Source: Nocardioides sp.
Lineage (GTDB): Bacteria; Actinomycetota; Actinomycetes; Propionibacteriales; Nocardioidaceae
DNA: 64,000 nt
Assembly: GCA_035554935.1 (NCBI GenBank)
Contig: DATMHM010000094.1
Coordinates: forward strand, 460 to 64,459
Direction: 5' to 3'
In this document: piece by piece, positions 51,998 to 61,342 of the stretch
Position numbering within the stretch: position 1 is the first letter of the stretch
How the letters are laid out: each line of letters starts with the position of its first letter
Notes under the pieces: model-generated
The model's input: only the letters and a program-made list of their open reading frames with translations
The model's database searches: none
Told to the model about the DNA's origin: nothing
Program-made: the position numbers and the translations under genes

Positions 51998-53398
51998 TTG
52001 ACTTCTCCCGTGCCCAAGAAGACCGCCACCGCGTCGTCGTACTCCATCACCATGCGTCTCCACACCTCCGTCGACCACGGGGTGGTCGGTGAGGTCGCGA
52101 CCGCGATCGCCGGGGCGGGGGGCATGGTCACCGCGATCGACGTCGCGGAGTCGAGCAGCAACCGGCTCACCGTCGACGTCACCTGCTCGGCGGCCGACGC
52201 CGAGCACGCCGCTGAGCTGCAGGCCGCAGTCGCCGCGGTCGCGGGCGTCGAGGTGCACAAGGTCTCGGACCGGACGTTCCTGATCCACCTGGGCGGCAAG
52301 ATCGAGGTCGGCTCCAAGGTGCCGCTGAAGACCCGCGACGACATGTCGCTGGCCTACACCCCCGGGGTCGGCCGGGTGTCGATGGCGATCGCGGAGAACC
52401 CGGAGGACGTGCGGCGCCTGACGATCAAGGGCAACGCCGTGGCCGTGGTCACCGACGGGTCCGCGGTGCTGGGCCTGGGCAACATCGGCCCCGGTGCCGC
52501 GCTGCCGGTGATGGAGGGCAAGGCGGCGCTGTTCAAGCGGTTCGGCGAGATCGACGCGTGGCCGATCTGCCTCGACACCCAGGACACCGACGAGATCGTG
52601 CGGGCGGTCGAGCTGATCGCGCCCGGCTTCGGCGGGATCAACCTCGAGGACATCGCCGCGCCGCGCTGCTTCGAGATCGAGGCCCGGCTGCGCGAGAGTC
52701 TGGACATCCCGGTCTTCCACGACGACCAGCACGGTACGGCGATCGTGGTGCTGGCCGCCCTGACCAACGCCCTGCGCGTGGTGAGGAAGGAGATCGGGAC
52801 CGCTCGGGTCGTCGTCTCGGGCGCGGGCGCTGCTGGTACGGCGATCGTCAAGCTCCTGCTCGCTGCCGGCGTGCGCGACGTCGTGGTCGTCGACCGGAAC
52901 GGCGCGCTGGTCGCGGGCGACGAGGGGCTCTCCGTGGCTCACCAGGAGCTGGCGGCACTGACCAACAAGGACCAGCGCCGTGGCGGCCTGCAGGACGTGC
53001 TGCTCGGGGCGGACGTGTTCATCGGCGTCAGTGCGCCCGGCATCCTCAAGCCGGAGTGGATCGAGACGATGGCTGCCGACCCGGTCGTGTTCGCGCTGGC
53101 CAACCCCGACCCGGAGGTCGACCCCGCCCAGGCGGCGAAGCACGCCGCGGTCGTCGCGTCCGGCCGCTCGGACTTCCCCAACCAGATCAACAACGTGCTG
53201 GCGTTCCCCGGCGTCTTCCGCGGCCTGCTCGACGCCCGCGCCAGCGAGGTGACGGTCGAGATGTGCCTGAGGGCGGCCGAGGCGATCGCGCTGGTGGTCC
53301 GCGACGAGGAGCTCAACGCCAGCTTCATCATGCCCTCGGTGTTCCACCCCGAGGTGCACCACGCGGTCGCCGCGGCGATCTCGCACAAGCCCGAGTGA
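51998..53398 (+). CDS. NAD(P)-dependent malic enzyme with N-terminal ACT domain
   Basis: AYTPGV, PVMEGK, FHDDQHGT, GAGAAG, NQINNVLAFPG; start uncertain. Confidence 0.95.
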   Translation: MTSPVPKKTATASSYSITMRLHTSVDHGVVGEVATAIAGAGGMVTAIDVAESSSNRLTVDVTCSAADAEHAAELQAAVAAVAGVEVHKVSDRTFLIHLGGKIEVGSKVPLKTRDDMSLAYTPGVGRVSMAIAENPEDVRRLTIKGNAVAVVTDGSAVLGLGNIGPGAALPVMEGKAALFKRFGEIDAWPICLDTQDTDEIVRAVELIAPGFGGINLEDIAAPRCFEIEARLRESLDIPVFHDDQHGTAIVVLAALTNALRVVRKEIGTARVVVSGAGAAGTAIVKLLLAAGVRDVVVVDRNGALVAGDEGLSVAHQELAALTNKDQRRGGLQDVLLGADVFIGVSAPGILKPEWIETMAADPVVFALANPDPEVDPAQAAKHAAVVASGRSDFPNQINNVLAFPGVFRGLLDARASEVTVEMCLRAAEAIALVVRDEELNASFIMPSVFHPEVHHAVAAAISHKPE

Positions 53399-53416
53399 GC
53401 CTGCACCTCAACTCGA

Positions 53417-53560
53417 TCAGCGCACGCTGACGACGGCGGGCCGGTCCATGCCGTGGGCCGGGCCGCCCCTGTCGTCGTCCTCGAGGGAGGCGGCCGTCGA
53501 CACGACGAGCCCGCCCAGCAGGAAGCCGATCACACCGGCGGCGAGGGTGTTGACGTTCAT
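53417..53560 (-). CDS. Small single-TM hypothetical protein
   Basis: MNVNTLAAGVIGFLLGGLVVSTAA; TGATG overlap with the DUF4396 gene. Confidence 0.55.
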   Translation of the reverse strand: MNVNTLAAGVIGFLLGGLVVSTAASLEDDDRGGPAHGMDRPAVVSVR

Positions 53561-54102
53561 CAGTGGTGCTCCGATCCGTGCTGGTGGTGCTGGTTGATCT
53601 CGTGGGCCTGGTCGTGGCCGGCGCCCTGGGCCGCGGCCGCGTCGTGGTCGCTTCCCTCGTGCCCGCCGTGGTGGGCGTGGTGCAGCGCGTGTCCCTTGCC
53701 CCGGTCGATGAGGTAGCGGTTGACCGGGAAGGCGGCGACGAACGCGGCCGAGAGGGCGACGATCATGGCGAGCCAGAAGACGGGGTCGACCAGGCCGGAG
53801 TCCATGGCGCCGGGCACGGCCGCCATCACCGAGTTGTCCACGACCTCCATCACGATGATCGAGATGGTGTCCGCGGCGAGCACCAGCCTGAGCGCCTTGC
53901 CGAAGGTCATGCCGGCGCTGACCAGGGGCAGCGCGGACAGCAGGTAGCCGAACAGGAAGGCGAGGCTGACGGCGAGCGCGATCGTCTGGCCCGTTGAGAG
54001 CCCGATCGCCGTACCGATCATCAGGCCGGCGATCTCGCCGATGGCGCAGCCGGTGAGGCAGTGCAGGGTCGCGCTGGCCGCGACGGCGTTCCGGGAGTTC
54101 AT
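53560..54102 (-). CDS. DUF4396 membrane protein with His-rich tail
   Basis: ATLHCLTGCAIGEI, ADTISIIVMEVVDN, GKGHALHH. Confidence 0.88.
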   Translation of the reverse strand: MNSRNAVAASATLHCLTGCAIGEIAGLMIGTAIGLSTGQTIALAVSLAFLFGYLLSALPLVSAGMTFGKALRLVLAADTISIIVMEVVDNSVMAAVPGAMDSGLVDPVFWLAMIVALSAAFVAAFPVNRYLIDRGKGHALHHAHHGGHEGSDHDAAAAQGAGHDQAHEINQHHQHGSEHH

Positions 54103-54113
54103 GACATCGGAAC

Positions 54114-54134
54114 ATATACCCCCCATGGGTATAT
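54114..54134. promoter_or_regulatory. CsoR/RicR-type copper operator
   Basis: ATATACCC-CCCAT-GGGTATAT, 11 bp upstream of the DUF4396 start. Confidence 0.75.
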
Positions 54135-54178
54135 TCCAAGGTCGTCGGCCGAATCGGCGGACGATAGGCTTGCGCCGG

Positions 54179-54252
54179 GCCTCCGTAGCTCAACTGGATA
54201 GAGCAGGGAGCTTCTACCTCTCAGGTTGCGGGTTCGACTCCTGCCGGGGGCG
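54179..54252 (+). tRNA. tRNA-Arg(TCT)
   Basis: Acceptor GCCTCCG/CGGGGGC; anticodon arm GGGAG-CTTCTAC-CTCTC; GGTTCGACTCC; CCA not encoded. Confidence 0.93.
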
Positions 54253-54356
54253 CCGTCAGCGAGTCGGGCGGCTGAGCGTGACCCATGCGTCACCCTCACC
54301 TGCCCGACTCGCCACCCCGCCGTTATCCGTGCCCCGCACCCGGGTACCACCCGGCC

Positions 54357-55022
54357 ATGCCGAACCCCGTGATCACGACCGCCGCCGACCTGGCAGGCCG
54401 GGCGCTGTCCGCTGCGACGTCAGGCATCGCGGCGCTGCGCCACGCCGACAAGCCGCTGCATCCTGAGGGCCAGAGCTGGGCGGGTCGGCTGGTGCGCGGC
54501 GGCAGCGACGAGCCGATCGGCGTCCCGTGGCTCGACGAGCCGGGCGAGGACGAGGTGCTCGTGCGCACCTCGCGGGCGATCGGGCTGCCGGGCCCGCTGC
54601 CGGACATCGCTGGGCTGGCCATCCGCCTGCACCTCCAGCCGGCCGGGTACGGCGACCTGCTGCTCGCGAGCACCGGTTGGGACCCGGTGACGCGGCACGT
54701 GCTCGTGCCGGCCTGGCGCCACCACCAGCCGCTGACGACGCTGCTCCCCTACCGCAGCCCGGTGGGCCCGGTCGTGATCGGTGCCCGGCCGGTCGACGTC
54801 CGGGGCCACGAGCTCGCCTGGGCTCCGGTGGGCAAGGGCTGGCGCCACCTGGGCGTGCTCACGACCGAGCTGCCGCTGCCCGACGAGGCCGAGGCGTCGT
54901 TCGATCCGGTCCTGAACCAGCTGCCGGGCCTGGAGCAGTACCCCTGGGTCGAGCACCTGCGCGAGTACTCCTACGCCACCGCCCGTCGCCTGCGCGGCGA
55001 CGACACCCGGTCGGCGAGGTGA
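54357..55022 (+). CDS. Hypothetical protein, possibly catalase-like fold
   Basis: KPLHPEG, VRTSRAIG, PDIAGLAIR, FDPV, LREYSYATAR resemble the catalase-related core. Confidence 0.6.
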   Translation: MPNPVITTAADLAGRALSAATSGIAALRHADKPLHPEGQSWAGRLVRGGSDEPIGVPWLDEPGEDEVLVRTSRAIGLPGPLPDIAGLAIRLHLQPAGYGDLLLASTGWDPVTRHVLVPAWRHHQPLTTLLPYRSPVGPVVIGARPVDVRGHELAWAPVGKGWRHLGVLTTELPLPDEAEASFDPVLNQLPGLEQYPWVEHLREYSYATARRLRGDDTRSAR

Positions 55023-55070
55023 CGGCGCGCCTCCACCGGGCGTTCACCGGGACGTCGTACAAAGGGAACA

Positions 55071-55100
55071 GCCCCGCGGAAGGTATGAGCTCCGCGGGGC
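55071..55100. terminator. Hairpin between convergent genes
   Basis: GCCCCGCGGA...TCCGCGGGGC. Confidence 0.6.
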
Positions 55101-55118
55101 CGGTGCGTTCCCGGACGG

Positions 55119-56291
55119 TCAGCGGAAGGCGGCCTCGCCGGTGAGGGCGCGGCCGATGACGAGCTGGTGGACCTCGCTGGTGCCCTCGTAGGTCAGCACG
55201 GACTCGAGGTTGTTGGCGTGCCGCATGATCGGGTACTCCAGCGTGATGCCGGCGGCGCCGAGGATGGTGCGGCACTCGCGGGCGATGGCGATCGCCTCGC
55301 GGACGTTGTTGAGCTTGCCGAGGCTCACCTGGTCGGGGTGCAGCTTCCCGGCGTCCTTGAGCCGACCTAGGTGGAGCGCGAGGAGCATGCCCTTGCCGAG
55401 CTCGAGGCTCATGTCGGCGAGCTTCGCCTGCGTGAGCTGGTACGACGCCAGGGGCTTGTCGAAGATGTCGCGGTCCTTCGCATAGGCGATCGCGGTTTCC
55501 AGGCAGTCGCGGGCCGCGCCGAGTGCGCCGAACACGATCCCGAAGCGGGCCTCGTTGAGGCAGGACAGCGGTCCCTTCAGTCCACGCACCTCGGGGAAGG
55601 CCGCCGTGTCGGGCAGGCGGACGTCGTCGAGGACGAGCTCGCTGGTGACGGAGGCGCGCAGCGACATCTTCTTCTTGATCTCGGGGGCGGAGAAACCGGG
55701 GGTGTCGGTGGGGACGACGAACCCGCTGATGCCCTCGTCGGTCTGCGCCCACACGACGGCGACGTCGGCCACGGAGCCGTTGGTGATCCACATCTTGTTG
55801 CCGGTCAGCACCCAGCCGTCCCCGTCGCGCACGGCGCGGGTGCGCATGCCGGCGGGGTTGGAGCCGAAGTCCGGCTCGGTGAGGCCGAAGCAGCCGATCG
55901 CCTCGCCAGCGGCCATCCGCGGCAGCCAGGTCTCCTTGTGCTCCTCGCTGCCCCATTTCCAGATCGCGTACATGGCCAGCGACCCCTGCACCGAGACGAG
56001 GGAGCGCAGGCCGGAGTCGGCGGCCTCGAGCTCGAGGCAGGCCAGGCCGTAGGCGGTCGCGCTCGTACCGGCGCAGCCGTAGCCCTCGAGGTGCATGCCG
56101 AGGACCCCGAGCTCGCCGAGGTCGCGGGCCAGCTCGCGGGCGGGGATGGTGGCGGACTCGTACCAGTCGCCCAGGTGGGGGCGCACGCGGGCCTCCAGGA
56201 ACGAGCGCACCGTGTCGCGCATCGCGATCTCCTCCTCCGAGAGGAGGGTGTCGATGCCGAACAGCTCCAGCGGGGACGTCATCGTGCTCAT
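55119..56291 (-). CDS. Acyl-CoA dehydrogenase (glutaryl-CoA dehydrogenase-like)
   Basis: DSGLRSLVSVQGSL, CFGLTEPDFGSNP, NLESVLTYEGT. Confidence 0.92.
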   Translation of the reverse strand: MSTMTSPLELFGIDTLLSEEEIAMRDTVRSFLEARVRPHLGDWYESATIPARELARDLGELGVLGMHLEGYGCAGTSATAYGLACLELEAADSGLRSLVSVQGSLAMYAIWKWGSEEHKETWLPRMAAGEAIGCFGLTEPDFGSNPAGMRTRAVRDGDGWVLTGNKMWITNGSVADVAVVWAQTDEGISGFVVPTDTPGFSAPEIKKKMSLRASVTSELVLDDVRLPDTAAFPEVRGLKGPLSCLNEARFGIVFGALGAARDCLETAIAYAKDRDIFDKPLASYQLTQAKLADMSLELGKGMLLALHLGRLKDAGKLHPDQVSLGKLNNVREAIAIARECRTILGAAGITLEYPIMRHANNLESVLTYEGTSEVHQLVIGRALTGEAAFR

Positions 56292-57319
56292 CCGACCTTT
56301 CCGTCGATCTGTCCGTCGATCTCCGCGACCAGGCGCGCCTTCACCTCGTCCGGCGCGAACGACGCGTCGACCGCCGCGCGGGCGAGGTCGGCGACCCCTG
56401 CCTCGTCCAGCCCCAGCAACTCGGCGGCGATCTCGTACTCCCGGTTGAGCGTGGTGCCGAACATCGGCGGGTCGTCGGAGTTGATGGTGACCACGACGCC
56501 GGCCTCCACGAACGCGGGCAGCGGGTGGTCGGCGAGGGTGGCGACGGCCCGCGTCGCGACATTGGACGACGGACACACCTCGAGCGGGATCCGGTGCTCG
56601 GCGAGGTGCGCCAGCAACGCCGGGTCGGTCGCGGCCGACGTACCGTGGCCGATGCGCTCCGCGCCGAGGTCGCGCAGCGACGTCCAGATCGTCTCCGGTC
56701 CGGTGGTCTCGCCGGCGTGCGGCACCGAGCGCAGGCCGGCGGCGCGGGCGGCTGCGAAGTGCGGCACGAACTGCTCCCGGGGCACGCCGATCTCGGGACC
56801 GCCCAGCCCGAAGGCGACCAGGCCCTCCGGGCCGTGGTCGAGGGCGAAGCGCAAGGTGGCGTCCGCGGCCGGGATGCCGGACTCCCCCGGGATGTCGTAG
56901 ATCCAGCGCAGGACCAGGCCGAAGTCACGCTCCGCGGCGAGACGCGCGTCCTCGATGGCCTCCGTGTAGGCCTCGATCGGCATGCCGCGTCCGGGGTCGT
57001 CGGGGAGCACGGAGGTGTACGGCGTGCAGGTGAGCTCGGCGTAGCGGACCAGCTGGCCCTCGGCGAGCTCGCGCCCGATCTCGTAGGTCAGGTAGCGCAC
57101 GTCCTCCGGCGTCCGCACCAGGTCCACGACCGCGAGGTAGACCTCGATGAAGTGGGCGAAGTCGCGGAACGCGAAGAAGTCCCGCAGCAGCGCCAGGTCG
57201 GACGGCACCGTGCCCGGGTGGCGCTCGGCCAGCTCGGACACGATGCGCGGCGAGGCCGAGCCGACGTGGTGGACGTGGAGCTCGGCCTTCGGCAGGCCCG
57301 CGATGAACTGGCTGAGCAC
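56288..57319 (-). CDS. add: Adenosine/adenine deaminase
   Basis: LPKAELHVH, HAGE, RIGHG, EVCPSSN, INSDDP. Confidence 0.9.
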   Translation of the reverse strand: MLSQFIAGLPKAELHVHHVGSASPRIVSELAERHPGTVPSDLALLRDFFAFRDFAHFIEVYLAVVDLVRTPEDVRYLTYEIGRELAEGQLVRYAELTCTPYTSVLPDDPGRGMPIEAYTEAIEDARLAAERDFGLVLRWIYDIPGESGIPAADATLRFALDHGPEGLVAFGLGGPEIGVPREQFVPHFAAARAAGLRSVPHAGETTGPETIWTSLRDLGAERIGHGTSAATDPALLAHLAEHRIPLEVCPSSNVATRAVATLADHPLPAFVEAGVVVTINSDDPPMFGTTLNREYEIAAELLGLDEAGVADLARAAVDASFAPDEVKARLVAEIDGQIDGKVG

Positions 57320-57338
57320 GACGCCCACCCTAGGGCGC

Positions 57339-58073
57339 TCAGTCCAGCTCGGCGATCAGGTTGTCGGCGAGGTCCTGCACGGTGCGTCCGTCGTCGAACA
57401 CCTCGCCGTCGAGCAGCACCGTGGGCGTGCCGGTGACGCCGGCGTCCTTGGCCTCCTTCGTCGCCGCCGTGACCCAGTCCTCCTGCGCGAGGTCCTCGAT
57501 GCCAGCGCGGACGTCGGACTCGGTGGCGCCCGCCTCGACCGCGAGGTCGACCAGGTCGTCGTCGGAGAGCGAGTCGGGCGCCTGCTCGGAGGGCTGGTTC
57601 TCGAAGAGCAGGTCGTGGAACTCCTTGGCCACCTCCGGGCCGGACTCCTCGAGCACCACGGCGAAGGCGTTGGCGGCGCGGATCGGGTAGTCGCCGAAGC
57701 TCTGGCTGAGCAGGTCGAACGGGCGGTACTCGACGAGCACCTTGCCCTCGGCCGCGAGCTCGGCCAGGTCGTCACGGGTCTCCGCCTCGAGCGCGCCGCA
57801 GAAGGGGCAGAGGAAGTCCTCGTAGATGATCACCTCGTGCGGCGCGTCCGTCTCGCCGATGGTCACGCCGTAGTCGCTGGCTCCGGCAGCGGTCGCCTCC
57901 ACGTCCTTCTTCGTGAGCAGGCTGACGCCGATCGCGCCGCCGACGATCAGGACCATCGCGAGCACCACACCCCCGATGGTCAGGAGGCGGCGACGGGCCT
58001 CCCGCTTCGCCTGCGCGGCACGCATCTCGGCGGCCTTCTGCGCGCGGGCAGTGGCCTTCGAGCTCTTCGACAT
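57339..58073 (-). CDS. Membrane-anchored DsbA-like thioredoxin-fold oxidoreductase
   Basis: TM segment, YEDFLCPFC, GTPT. Confidence 0.9.
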   Translation of the reverse strand: MSKSSKATARAQKAAEMRAAQAKREARRRLLTIGGVVLAMVLIVGGAIGVSLLTKKDVEATAAGASDYGVTIGETDAPHEVIIYEDFLCPFCGALEAETRDDLAELAAEGKVLVEYRPFDLLSQSFGDYPIRAANAFAVVLEESGPEVAKEFHDLLFENQPSEQAPDSLSDDDLVDLAVEAGATESDVRAGIEDLAQEDWVTAATKEAKDAGVTGTPTVLLDGEVFDDGRTVQDLADNLIAELD

Positions 58074-58573
58074 CAGCTTCCTTCTCCTTCGAGTGCGGCG
58101 GCACCGTCGGCCGGCCGGCGGAACAGTACGGAATCGAGGGCGAGCCGGGTCCGTCGTACGCCCGCCACGAGCAGCGAGGCGCCGAGCAGCGCCGCGTCGC
58201 GGGCGATCTCCCACGGGTAGGCCGAGGATGCGCCGGGGTCGGCGCCCCCGCCGCCGAAGCAGCCGCAGTCGATCTCGATGCCCCGCGCCCAGACGGAGGC
58301 GATGCCGACGATGAAGGCCGCGAAGAGCAGGGCGGACGCCACCGCCGCCGCTCTCGTCAGCACCCCCACGACCAGGGCGAGTCCCACGGCCACCTCGACT
58401 GCAGGCAGCGCCAGGCCGACCGCCTCGGCCACCGACGAGGGCAGCAGCTGGTAGGCGCGGACCGCAGCGATGCTCGCGTCCGGCTCGGTGACCTTCAGCC
58501 CGCCGGCGACGATCCAGACGCCGCCCGTCACCAGCCGGGCGAGCAGACCCACCCAGGCCAGTGTCCCGTTCAC
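58073..58573 (-). CDS. MauE/DoxX-family redox membrane protein
   Basis: AVRAYQLLP, WARGIEIDCGCFGGGG; TGATG coupling to the DsbA gene. Confidence 0.9.
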   Translation of the reverse strand: MNGTLAWVGLLARLVTGGVWIVAGGLKVTEPDASIAAVRAYQLLPSSVAEAVGLALPAVEVAVGLALVVGVLTRAAAVASALLFAAFIVGIASVWARGIEIDCGCFGGGGADPGASSAYPWEIARDAALLGASLLVAGVRRTRLALDSVLFRRPADGAAALEGEGS

Positions 58574-58675
58574 GAGGGCGAGGCTAACCGGCCCCGCTGA
58601 GCGCCTGCTGAGAACGCGGGTGGGAACGCGATCGGCCACGTCGGACGTCCCTGCCAGGGCGTAGGGTGCAGCATC

Positions 58676-59311
58676 GTGAGCGAACGACTGGTGTGGATCG
58701 ACTGCGAGATGACGGGGCTCGACCTCGTCAACGACGCCCTGATCGAGGTGGCGGCGCTCGTGACCGACTTCGACCTCAACGTGCTGGGCGACGGCGTCGA
58801 CGTGATCATCAAGCCGCCCAGCGAGGCGCTCGACCAGATGATCGACTTCGTCCGCACCATGCACGAGTCGTCCGGGCTGCTCGCCGAGCTCGAGAACGGT
58901 GTCACCCTGCAGGAGGCCGAGGACCAGGTGATGGCCTACCTGGGCGAGCACTGCGGCCCCGACAGCCGACCTCCCCTCGCCGGCAACTCGGTGGCCACCG
59001 ACCGTGGCTTCGTCGCCCGCGACATGGCCCGGCTCGACGCCTTCCTGCACTACCGCATCGTCGACGTCTCCTCGGTCAAGGAGCTCTCGAAGCGCTGGTT
59101 CCCGCGGGCCTACTACAACGCGCCGACGAAGCGGGGCAACCACCGTGCGCTCGCCGACATCCAGGAGAGCATCGAGGAGCTGCGTTACTACCGCGACACC
59201 GTCTTCGTGCCCCTCCCGGGCCCCGACAGCGACGCCGCGAAGGAGGCCGCCGCCCGCCACGGCGGTTCGCTCACCGGCCTCGGCACGGCGGATACGGGCA
59301 CCGATTCCTAG
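58676..59311 (+). CDS. orn: Oligoribonuclease
   Basis: [35 protein letters not shown]. Confidence 0.97.
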   Translation: MSERLVWIDCEMTGLDLVNDALIEVAALVTDFDLNVLGDGVDVIIKPPSEALDQMIDFVRTMHESSGLLAELENGVTLQEAEDQVMAYLGEHCGPDSRPPLAGNSVATDRGFVARDMARLDAFLHYRIVDVSSVKELSKRWFPRAYYNAPTKRGNHRALADIQESIEELRYYRDTVFVPLPGPDSDAAKEAAARHGGSLTGLGTADTGTDS

Positions 59312-59356
59312 TTCGGGACGGCCACCGTCTACACTCATCCCCAGCCTCAGGGCCAT

Positions 59357-59433
59357 GGTGGGTATAGCTCAGCTGGTAGAGCGCTGCGTTGTGGTCGCAG
59401 ATGTCGCGGGTTCAAGTCCCGTTACTCACCCCA
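59357..59433 (+). tRNA. tRNA-His(GTG)
   Basis: G-1, acceptor GTGGGTA/TACTCAC, anticodon arm CTGCG-TTGTGGT-CGCAG, GGTTCAAGTCC, encoded CCA. Confidence 0.96.
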
Positions 59434-59438
59434 GATGA

Positions 59439-59466
59439 CCGGCCGGACTCCTCGGAGTCCGGCCGG
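59439..59466 (+). terminator. Hairpin after tRNA-His
   Basis: CCGGCCGGACTCC-tc-GGAGTCCGGCCGG. Confidence 0.75.
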
Positions 59467-59594
59467 AGTCGTTCTCGGACCTCCCGGATCACTGCCCGCC
59501 GACGTGTGGCCGGGACCAGCACGGGTACCGCCTGTCGAAGCATCCGACGAGGCCGGTGGCGCGCACGTGTGCGCGCCGGCGAGGAGGAACTCCC

Positions 59595-60275
59595 ATGGCA
59601 CACGACACCCATCACGGCCTGCGCCCGTGGCGCCGGCACCACCACGACAGCGACGACCACGTCGACCGCGGCCATCGCGATGAGCACGACGACCACGTCG
59701 ACCGTGGCCACCACCTCACCCACCGCGACCGCGAGACGCTCGGGGAGCAGCACGCCCACGACGAGTTCGGCGGCGTCAACATGGGGGCCGCGTTCTTCGG
59801 CTGGCTGGTCGCCATCGCGATGGCCGTGCTGCTGACGAGCATCGCCGGCGCCATCGCGGCTGCCGTCGGCGAGACGACCGACTTCACGCAGTCCGACGCC
59901 GAGCGCGAGGCCGGCGCGGTCAGCCTCGGTGTCGCGATCGCGTTCGTCGCGATCATGGCCCTCGCCTACTTCGCGGGAGGGTACGTCGCCGGCCGCATGT
60001 CGCGCTTCGACGGCGCCCGGCAGGGCGTGGCCGTGTGGGTCCTGGGCCTGGTCCTGACCGTGGCGGCAGGCGCGCTCGGCTGGCTCTTCGGCAGCGAGTA
60101 CAACCTGCTCGACCGGGTGGACCTCCCCCGCTTCCCGCTGCCCACCGACACGGCGACGACGGGTGGCCTCATCGCGCTCGCCGTCCTGCTCGTCGCGACC
60201 TTCGCGGCGGCGGCAGCCGGTGGACTCGCGGGGCACCGCTACCACGACCGCGTGGACCGCATCGCCCACCCCTGA
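59595..60275 (+). CDS. Four-TM membrane protein with His/Asp-rich N-terminus
   Basis: GAGGAGG RBS; FGGVNMGAAFFGWLVA, GGYVAGRMSRFDGARQG. Confidence 0.8.
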   Translation: MAHDTHHGLRPWRRHHHDSDDHVDRGHRDEHDDHVDRGHHLTHRDRETLGEQHAHDEFGGVNMGAAFFGWLVAIAMAVLLTSIAGAIAAAVGETTDFTQSDAEREAGAVSLGVAIAFVAIMALAYFAGGYVAGRMSRFDGARQGVAVWVLGLVLTVAAGALGWLFGSEYNLLDRVDLPRFPLPTDTATTGGLIALAVLLVATFAAAAAGGLAGHRYHDRVDRIAHP

Positions 60276-60306
60276 CCGCCTCCGTACCACGCAGCCGGGA
60301 GTCACC

Positions 60307-61047
60307 GTGACCGACCACAGCACGATCGCCGCCGCGCTCACCGAGGCCGCACAGGCGATCAACAGCCCGGGCTCGCTCGAGGAGACCCTCGACGCGATCG
60401 TCCGGGCGGCCCAGCAGACCGTCCCCGGCTTCGAGCACGTCGGGATCTCGGTGACCCACGGCAACGGCCGGATCGAGACGAGGGCCGGCACCGGTCCGCT
60501 CGTGTGGGACGTCGACGAGCTGCAGTACAAGCTGCGGGAGGGGCCCTGCTACGACGCCATCACCAACGGCGGGGTGACGGTCATGGAGGACGTCGCGACC
60601 GAGACCCGCTGGCCGCGCTACGTCGTCGAGGTGGAGAGCCGCGGCCTGCAGGCCCAGATGGGCCTGCAGCTCTACACCGAGGCGGGCACGCTCGGCGGAC
60701 TGAACTTCTACTCGGTCGAGCCGGGAGTCGACCCCGACGCCGTACAGCTCGGCGAGCTGTTCGCCGCGCACGCCGCCATCGCCCTCGGCCGGGCGCGCCA
60801 CGAGCACCAGCTGAAGGAGTCGGTGGCCAGCCGCCAAGCGATCGGTACGGCGGTCGGGATCGTCATGGAGCGGTATCGGATCCCGGAGGACCGGGCGTTC
60901 CAGTTCCTCACCCGGGCGTCGTCGACGAGCAACATCAAGCTGCGCGCGATCGCGCAGGAGCTGGTCGACAGCACGTCCGCGTCCTTCCGCGGGGAGGCGA
61001 AGGTGTCGCAGGCGGCTGGTCAGGTGGGGCGCGACGGATCCGGCTAG
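60307..61047 (+). CDS. GAF and ANTAR domain protein
   Basis: DELQYKLREGPC, TRWPRY, GGLNFYS; SRQAIGTAVGIVMERY...AFQFL...SNIKLR. Confidence 0.92.
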   Translation: MTDHSTIAAALTEAAQAINSPGSLEETLDAIVRAAQQTVPGFEHVGISVTHGNGRIETRAGTGPLVWDVDELQYKLREGPCYDAITNGGVTVMEDVATETRWPRYVVEVESRGLQAQMGLQLYTEAGTLGGLNFYSVEPGVDPDAVQLGELFAAHAAIALGRARHEHQLKESVASRQAIGTAVGIVMERYRIPEDRAFQFLTRASSTSNIKLRAIAQELVDSTSASFRGEAKVSQAAGQVGRDGSG

Positions 61048-61223
61048 GACACGCCCTGGCTCTCGGCCGGCCCGACCTTGTCGATCTGCATCCAGCCGGT
61101 CGACACCCGGCCGTCCTCCTCGTAGGTGACGAGCACGGACTGGCCGTCGGGCGCGACCTTCAGCACCAGGCCGGGGACGACGCCGTCGTCCAGGGTGACG
61201 AGAACGGGGCTCTGCGGGCGCAC
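61044..61223 (-). CDS. Small 59-aa hypothetical beta-rich protein
   Basis: Absent from the ORF track; AGGAGG RBS plus GTG; MRPQSPVLVTLDDGVVPGLVLKVAPDGQSVLVTYEEDGRVSTGWMQIDKVGPAESQGVS; GC3-biased. Confidence 0.65.
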   Translation of the reverse strand: MRPQSPVLVTLDDGVVPGLVLKVAPDGQSVLVTYEEDGRVSTGWMQIDKVGPAESQGVS

Positions 61224-61342
61224 GGGGACCTCCTGCGCGATGGGTCGGGTCGACCCGGGGACAGCCCCCGTCCTGAGCTGCTCGGTTCGAGGCTAGACGA
61301 CGGCGCCGACATCGCCGGCATCGCCGTCTCACCTCCGGGAGG

